DNA of 64,000 nucleotides from Eledone cirrhosa (taxonomy: Eukaryota). The first letter of the stretch is position 1; each line of letters starts with the position of its first letter. The position numbers and the translations under genes were made by a program. Shown here in pieces: positions 57,460-64,000 of this stretch. The stretch lies in NCBI GenBank assembly GCA_964016885.1, contig OZ024741.1, forward strand, positions 286,812,001 to 286,876,000. Reading direction: 5' to 3'. The notes beneath the pieces are model-generated. The model was not told the origin of the DNA. It did not search any database and worked only from the letters and a program-made list of their open reading frames with translations.

Positions 57460-58939
57460 CATTGTCAACTGCTACAAAGGTAAAGGCGATGCACTAGATA
57501 GAGGAAACTATAGAGGTATAAAGTTGATGGACCAGGTCATGAAAGTAACAGAAAGAGTTATAGCACAGCTGATTAGGGACCGGGTGAATATAGACGAGAT
57601 GCAATTTGGGTTTGTACCAGGGAAAGGCACCACTGATGCGCTCTTCCTTGTGAGGCAATTACAGGAAAAGTACCTAGCTAAAAGTAAGCCACTCTACTTG
57701 GCATTTGTCGACCTTGAGAAAGCCTTTGACAGAGTTCCACGTGCAGTAATCTGGTGGGCTCTTAGAAAACTAGGAGTAGATGAATGGCTTGTGAAAGCGG
57801 TACAAGCCATGTATAGGGGAGCAGTCAGCAAAGTTAGGATTGGCAATGAGTATAGCGAGGAATTTAGCGTACAGGTTGGGGTCCACCAGGGCTCTGTTCT
57901 TAGCCCTCTCCTGTTCATCATAGTCCTGCAGGCAATAACGGAGGAGTTTAAGACCGGATGCCCATGGGAACTCCTGTATGCTGATGACCTCGCACTCATA
58001 GCTGAATCTATGGTAGAACTAGAGAATAAATTCCAAACCTGGAAGCAGGGACTAGAGAGAAAGGGCCTCAAAGTCAACATGACAAAGACTAAGGTCCTTA
58101 TAAGTAGACGAGAAAACAGAACCCAGATCCCCTCAGGGAAATGGCCTTGCTCAGTATGTAGGAAAGGTGTAGGTAGGAACTCCATTCTTTGCCCCAAATG
58201 CAAACAATGGGTACACAAGAGATGTAGCGGGATCTCAGGAAGCTTAATTAAGAATGTAGGATTCACATGCAGCAGCTGTGCTGAAACAGCAAGCAAACAG
58301 CCACAGGAAACAAGTACCACCAATCTCTGGGAGGGCCCTGTAGAAACAGTAGACAGCTTCTGCTACCTAGGTGACCGAATTAGCAACGGAGGTGGGTGCT
58401 CAGAAAGTACAATAACTAGGGTAAGAACGGGATGGAAGAAGTTTAGGGAACTACTACCACTGCTAGCTGCAAAAGGCTTCTCCCTCAGAATGAAAGGCAG
58501 ACTGTATGATGCGTGTATCCGAACAGCGATGTTGCATGGTAGTGAGACCTGGGCGCTGAAGGTGGAAGACTTACGTAGATTAGAGAGAAACGAAGCCTGC
58601 ATGCTCCGATGGATGTGTAACAGTAATATACGTGAACGACAAAGCATAAATGAATTGAGAGAGAGACTGAGCATAAGAGGAATCAAATGCTGCGTGCAGG
58701 AGAGGCGGTTACGCTGGTATGGACATGTGATGCGTATGAAGGATGACAGCTGCATAAAAAGGTGCAGAGCACTAGAAGTTGATGGAAACCGCGGAGTGGG
58801 GAGACCCAAGATGACTTGGGATGAGGTGATAAAAGCCGACCTTACCCAACTACACCTCTCAAAGTCAATGACACACGACCGTGACTTCTGGCGTCACGCA
58901 GTAATACAGGGTACCCGACCTCCCATGGGTACATGCTGA
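57460..58939 (+). CDS. RTE LINE reverse transcriptase, 5'-truncated but uninterrupted, with PHD-like finger
   Basis: NYRGIKL, QFGF, FVDLEKAFD, GVHQGSVLSP, LYADD, FCYLG, RRLRWYGHV, GRPKMTW. Confidence 0.93.
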
Positions 58940-59260
58940 AGCATATAAACAATATGCCCCCCCCCCCACCGCAAGGTGGTCGTGGAGGTGCCACGGCAAA
59001 AAAGCACCCAGCCCACACTGTAAAGTGGACGTGTAGGCGCCACGAAAAAGCACCCAGCACTCACTGTAAATGAGGTTGGTGTTAGGAAGGGCATCCAGCT
59101 GTAGAAATCAAGCCAGATCAGTTCCTGTATGAGCAAGACAAGGTCAGCCGACCAGACACTGCCCACAACAGGACAACCCGTCTAACCCATGCTAGCGTGG
59201 AAGAACGGACGTAAAACGGTGATGATGATGATGATAATGATTATGATGATGATGATGATG
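57460..59260 (+). mobile_element. RTE LINE with (GAT)n tail, embedded in GAT-rich DNA (57245-57450 and 59220-59912)
   Basis: The 3' UTR tail AACCCATGCTAGCGTGGAA..GGACGTAAAA(GAT)n is shared with short elements at about 13945-14040. Other UTR segments recur at 29590-30130. Confidence 0.88.
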
Positions 59261-59537
59261 ATGATAGTGAGGATAATGATGATGATGGTGATTGTGATGA
59301 TGATTGTGGTGAGATGTTGATGATGTTACTAATGGCGATGCTGCTGCTGCTGATGATGATAATTGTTTCTACTATTGGCACAAGGCCAGCGATTACCTCA
59401 GTACATTACTGGTACTTTATTTTATCGAACCCGTAAAGATGAAAGGCAAAGTTAACCTCGGCGGGATTTGAACTCAGAATGGCAAGGGCCGTAACTCTAT
59501 GCATCAAAGCATGGCGGCCGACCCTCTACCGATATCC

Positions 59538-59576
<39 letters not shown>

Positions 59577-59792
59577 AATAATGATGATGAATGTTGGCAG
59601 TTGTGATGTATGATGATGATGAATATGATGGTGATGATGATGATAATGAATGTTGACTGTTTTATTGGGATGATGATGATGATGATGATGATAGAAATAA
59701 TGATAATGAAAATGATAGTGATGATGATGATGATAATAATGAGAAGGAGGGGGATGATTACAGTGATGAGTGTTGACAGATGTAGTGAGATA

Positions 59793-59824
<32 letters not shown>

Positions 59825-60534
59825 AATGAGAAGGAGGATGACAATGATGGTGATGACTCTTTTGTGGTTATGATGATTATGATAATGATGGTGATGATGA
59901 TAATGATGATAATGTTTCTATTTGGGCTTCAGAGGCCAGTGACTAATAAAATATGAAATATTTACTGACATGTTTATATAATAAATGAGGGGAAGATAGA
60001 AACACCTAACACAACATAAACTTTAAAACAGATAAATAATATATGTCACAAAAACCACCAATTGCCTTAACTCTAATGTCACCACCTTGCGATCATAACA
60101 TCATGGGTTCAGTTCCTGGACTGGCTTGTGTGTTGTGTTCTTGAGTAATATACTTCATTTCACATTGCTCCATTATACTCAGCTGAAAATGAGTACCTGT
60201 GATGGACAGGTGTCTTGTACAGGGGGTGGAGGGTGGTCTTGTACTCTCATGGAAAATGGGATAAACACTGGCCTGATGAGCCTCCAGGCTTGAGACAGAC
60301 TTTAGATATTAGAAATGTCAATGCACTGGGATTAAACCCAAACCAACCATGTACCCAAGAAAATGTAAACCATGTTTCACACCTATACTCAAGCATAATT
60401 ACAAGATCCAGACCACTCAAGGAAGAGCTAAACCATTTATGGTCTTCTACCCATGTTTGAACTCCTGGTACACCAAACACTGACATGTAACCAGATCAAC
60501 TTAAAACACTACAGTAATGATGATAACTGGAGAG

Positions 60535-60725
60535 GCTTTTGAAAATAGTCACAAGGTTCACAGTTGATATAGGTATGGAGTTTCTAATGGATAAGTGTAT
60601 GAAAATTATGTTTGAAAGGGGAAACTTAACAAGAGGTAAATCAGTTGATTGTTTGACACAGACCCAGTGATCGAAGAACTAGATCAGGGGGAATCTTACA
60701 AGAACCTAGAGATTAATGAAGATTA
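60535..60725 (+). pseudogene. R4/Dong-like LINE RT fragment
   Basis: FTVDIGMEFLMDKC..RG..IEELDQGESYKNLEI (compare DIGMEFGLDKC..YKYLG). Confidence 0.55.
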
Positions 60726-61256
60726 AATATAACATGCTACAATGAATTAAAAAAAAAAGGAATGAATCAGGAGCAGGGCCGATGCCTGGGTATTTAGCAT
60801 CCTAGGCTAACTCTATAATGATCTCTAAGATATGCGTCCCCTTCTCCCAGATAAAATAATATCTATTTACAATTTGGCAAGCTGACAAATCTGTTTTTTT
60901 TACTCTTCTTATTCTGACAACACTAACAAAATTATTAAGCTTGCATTTTTTAACCCTTTAGCATTCACATTACTCTATGTATACTATTGTATTTTTGTGG
61001 TTTACCTCACATAATTATCTCACAATATTGAATCTATGAAATTTTGAAAGTATTTATTTTGAGAACAATACCTTAACATCACTTTGAGCGACCAGTTACA
61101 GTCAGTATCAACAGAAACAGGTAGAGAATTCTGGCCAGTTTTGGCTGGTTTGAACATTAAAGGATTAAATATATGCTTCATTTATTTAATAAAGAAGAAA
61201 TTTGACCATTGTCATCCTCACCTTCATATCATCACTTACCATTTGTTTTTCCCAAG

Positions 61257-61399
61257 TGTTGGACATATCACCACAGACTGGTCAGTACTCAAGTGAAGAT
61301 ACTGACCTCCAGGTGGGCCAGGGACCTGCCACATGATCCCTCACTCTGCCGGAAGCTGTGATGTCCTTGACATACAACCGAGGAATCTGTATGACTTTT
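61257..61399 (+). other. Candidate exon with possible start codon (ATG 61333, MIPHSAGSCDVLDIQPRNLYDF)
   Basis: TTTTTCCCAAG acceptor, GTAAGT donor at 61400, GCCACATG context, upstream in-frame stops and a GC-richer island. Confidence 0.4.
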
Positions 61400-62194
61400 G
61401 TAAGTACGTACTGAATAATTTTCTGTTAGTTTAAATTATTTATATACATAGGCTAAAATATATAAGTTTCTATTTTTTTATGTTGCTTTATGCACAATAT
61501 CTGCCAAAATATTCTATTTATCCTAAAGTGAACCATGGACAAAATAAAATTGCCAAGAACCCTATGTGCTACATAGTCACTGGACCTGTTAGAAATAGCA
61601 GCCAAATCTTCCTCAGATCACAGTAATTGTCTTAAATAAAGAAACAATACACTAGATAATGTGGTCCTATATATTACTAAAATTACAGAATGGCCATTCT
61701 GAAATGTATTTAATCATGCCTGCTTAATGAAGACTTACCTGGGGCTTAAAACAACAACAACAACAACAACAAAAACAACCTAATGAGACAACTGTGGCAA
61801 GAGAAACTAGTATCTTCTAATATAAAACAGCACAGTTACATATTGGGAATGTTCAGTTACCATTTGACTTAAACCTGTAGTCATAACCTCAGAACCAGAA
61901 CCTGTGTATTTAGTACCCTATAACTCTACAATATGTGCCTCTTTCTCCCACTTATGTGCACCATTCACGTAAATAAAATAATTTCAACTTTGGTAAGCTG
62001 GTGAACATAGCTCTTGACTTCTTGCTCTGACCACAATGAGAAAATTGCTGCACACTCTCCCACACAAGTCATGTAACACTTTGTAACACCACATGACCCT
62101 TTCCACCAATTTGGATATTTCCACAATGCTGCTTTGTGGCAAAGATGTTTAGAGATATGTTTATAGATTGCAGGGAATTATTATACACTGAAGA

Positions 62195-62470
62195 TCTTCT
62201 TTTTTTTCTTCACTCACTTATTCCTGAGAAGGTCGTGGGGGCAGAGTCTTCAAACAGTCCATCCAATGGGGTCCTATCAGAAGCAACTGTCTCCAACTAA
62301 TCCAGCTGAATCCCCAAGTGTGACAAACCAAGATCATGGATGTTATCCAACCATTTTGCTCAGGGTCTACCCCTGGGTCTCCTACCTGTTGGTTTTGGCC
62401 ATAAAATCTGTCCCACGATTCTTTCCTGAGACATTCTAACCACATGACGATAGTATCAGAGCTGTGATAA
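62195..62470 (-). mobile_element. RTE LINE 3' end
   Basis: HVVRMSQERIV..TGRRPRGRP..WLDNI. Same terminus as 17582-17840. Confidence 0.7.
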
Positions 62471-63236
62471 TTACATAAATTTGTATAAAACTGATCCTTT
62501 AATCTTCAGTAATATGCCTCTCTAAAATCTGTTCCCCAGGCAGTTACCTATTTGGCTTTAATGGCAGCACCAGCGTTACATAACTAAAGAGTAAATATGA
62601 AAGGCTCCATTATTTTCTCAGAATAAAATGGGTATTGCAGCTAGCAAAGAAAATAAAAACTATCTGCATATATACAGACATAGACAAATTATATACATAA
62701 TCTACACGTCAGAAAATACAAATAAACCAAAGAATGAAATACCCCCCCCCCCCTCCCACACACACAAACAAAAAAAAAAAGCAAGCTTATTGCAAAAACG
62801 TTGTTTCATGTACATATATATGTTTCAAAATAACTAATGATGCTAGCATGGAGAAAAAGAGCAGTTTATCTTGGAAGAAGGATGGAAGGGTTACTATTTC
62901 ACTCTACACTTTGAAAGATATATATTCCTTTGTCATCAACAAGTAAGAGGTAGCTATTAAGAATCTCATTAACAAATGTAATTAAGATGCCAATTGATCA
63001 TCTTGTCAAAATAATAGATGCTGGTTTATGTCAAAATGGTATGAAACATGTAACTCATGTCTTAAGCAGCAGCTTGAAATGTCAGTCAACTTATGTTAGC
63101 TAAGTTATATCAAGAATGTAATATGGAAAGAATATATACAAGAATGCAAAATGATCAGGGTCGGTGCTACCATTTAGGCCAACTAGGCAGCCACCTAGAG
63201 CACAAATTTCTGAAAAAGCACATTTCAGAACCTTAA

Positions 63237-63456
63237 CCCTTTACCATTCACATTATTCTATGTATACTATTATATTTTCATGGTAAATGATTTATCTCAC
63301 ATAATTATCTCACATAATATTGAATCTATGAGATTTTGAAAGTATTTATTTTGAGAACAATACATTAACATCAGTTTGAGTGACCAGTTACAGCCAGTTT
63401 CAACAGAAAAAGGTAGAGAATTCTGGCCGGTTTTGGCCGGTTTGAACTTTAAAGGG
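63237..63456. mobile_element. piggyBac-like MITE; second copy at 60954-61164
   Basis: TTAA|CCCTTTA...TAAAGGG|TTAA. Two similar copies. Confidence 0.75.
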
Positions 63457-64000
63457 TTAAAGGATCACAGTTTTATACAACTTTGTATAATTAAATATAT
63501 AATAATTTCTTATGATTGATAAATGAAATGCTAAATATCTTTACTGCATAGCAGTATTATGATGGAGACAGTTGGATTGGTGAGTGTGGTCAGTGTAGTG
63601 GGAAATGCAGATTTAATAGTTTTTTGCATATGGTCAGAAGAAGAAGTGTTAAAAACTTGGTTTGTCAACTTACTAAAGTTGAAATTATTTTATTTGTGAG
63701 AATGAAGTACATAATTGGGAGAAGGGAGGATACGATGTGCAGTTAGCCTAGGGCACTATATATCCAGGCACTGGCTTTGGGAAGGATCATTATAGTCAAG
63801 TACCTTAGAGTGGTGGATTAGCAGATTGTTAAAGCCTTGGACAAAATACTTTTTAGTATTTCTTCCAGCTTTTTGGTATTTGTTGCAGCTTTTGGCATTC
63901 TGAGTTCAAATCCTAGTGAAGTCAACTTTGCCTTTTATCCTTCAGTGTTGATAAAATAAAGTACCAGTCATGAACTGAGGTCTACATAATCAATTGCTCC

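Noticed and set aside
60271-60300. CTGATGAGCC..GGCT as a hammerhead (similar at 51028)
   Set aside because: No GAAA or stem I closure. It is part of a SINE tail.

Overview
AT-rich, microsatellite-laden eukaryotic DNA with no intact conventional gene visible. The SINE, LINE and (TA)n/(CA)n content resembles a cephalopod (octopus-like) genome, which is an inference. Most ORF-track entries are microsatellite artefacts. Recognisable content: a full-length DD37D (maT) transposon relic, other Tc1/mariner relics and MITEs, a near-complete Tx1/L1-type LINE inside a (TAGG)n array, an RTE LINE with a PHD-like finger inside (GAT)n, degenerate CR1/RTE/R4 LINEs, many tRNA-derived SINEs (including a tandem cluster), a tRNA-Lys(CTT)-like pseudogene, a 71 x 38-bp minisatellite born inside a dead LINE, and three candidate host exons. 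The strongest unexplained signal is a dense set of type I hammerhead ribozymes, about 17 intact or near-intact motifs from about 8 unrelated families. They show compensatory changes and palindromic stem III loops and sit in non-coding, (TA)n-embedded, fold-back or partial-tandem elements. One lies in the terminal repeat of a Penelope-like GIY-YIG element. Together this suggests a Penelope-driven, retrozyme-like system of small self-cleaving RNA elements targeting TA microsatellites. All structures were paired by eye, not computed.
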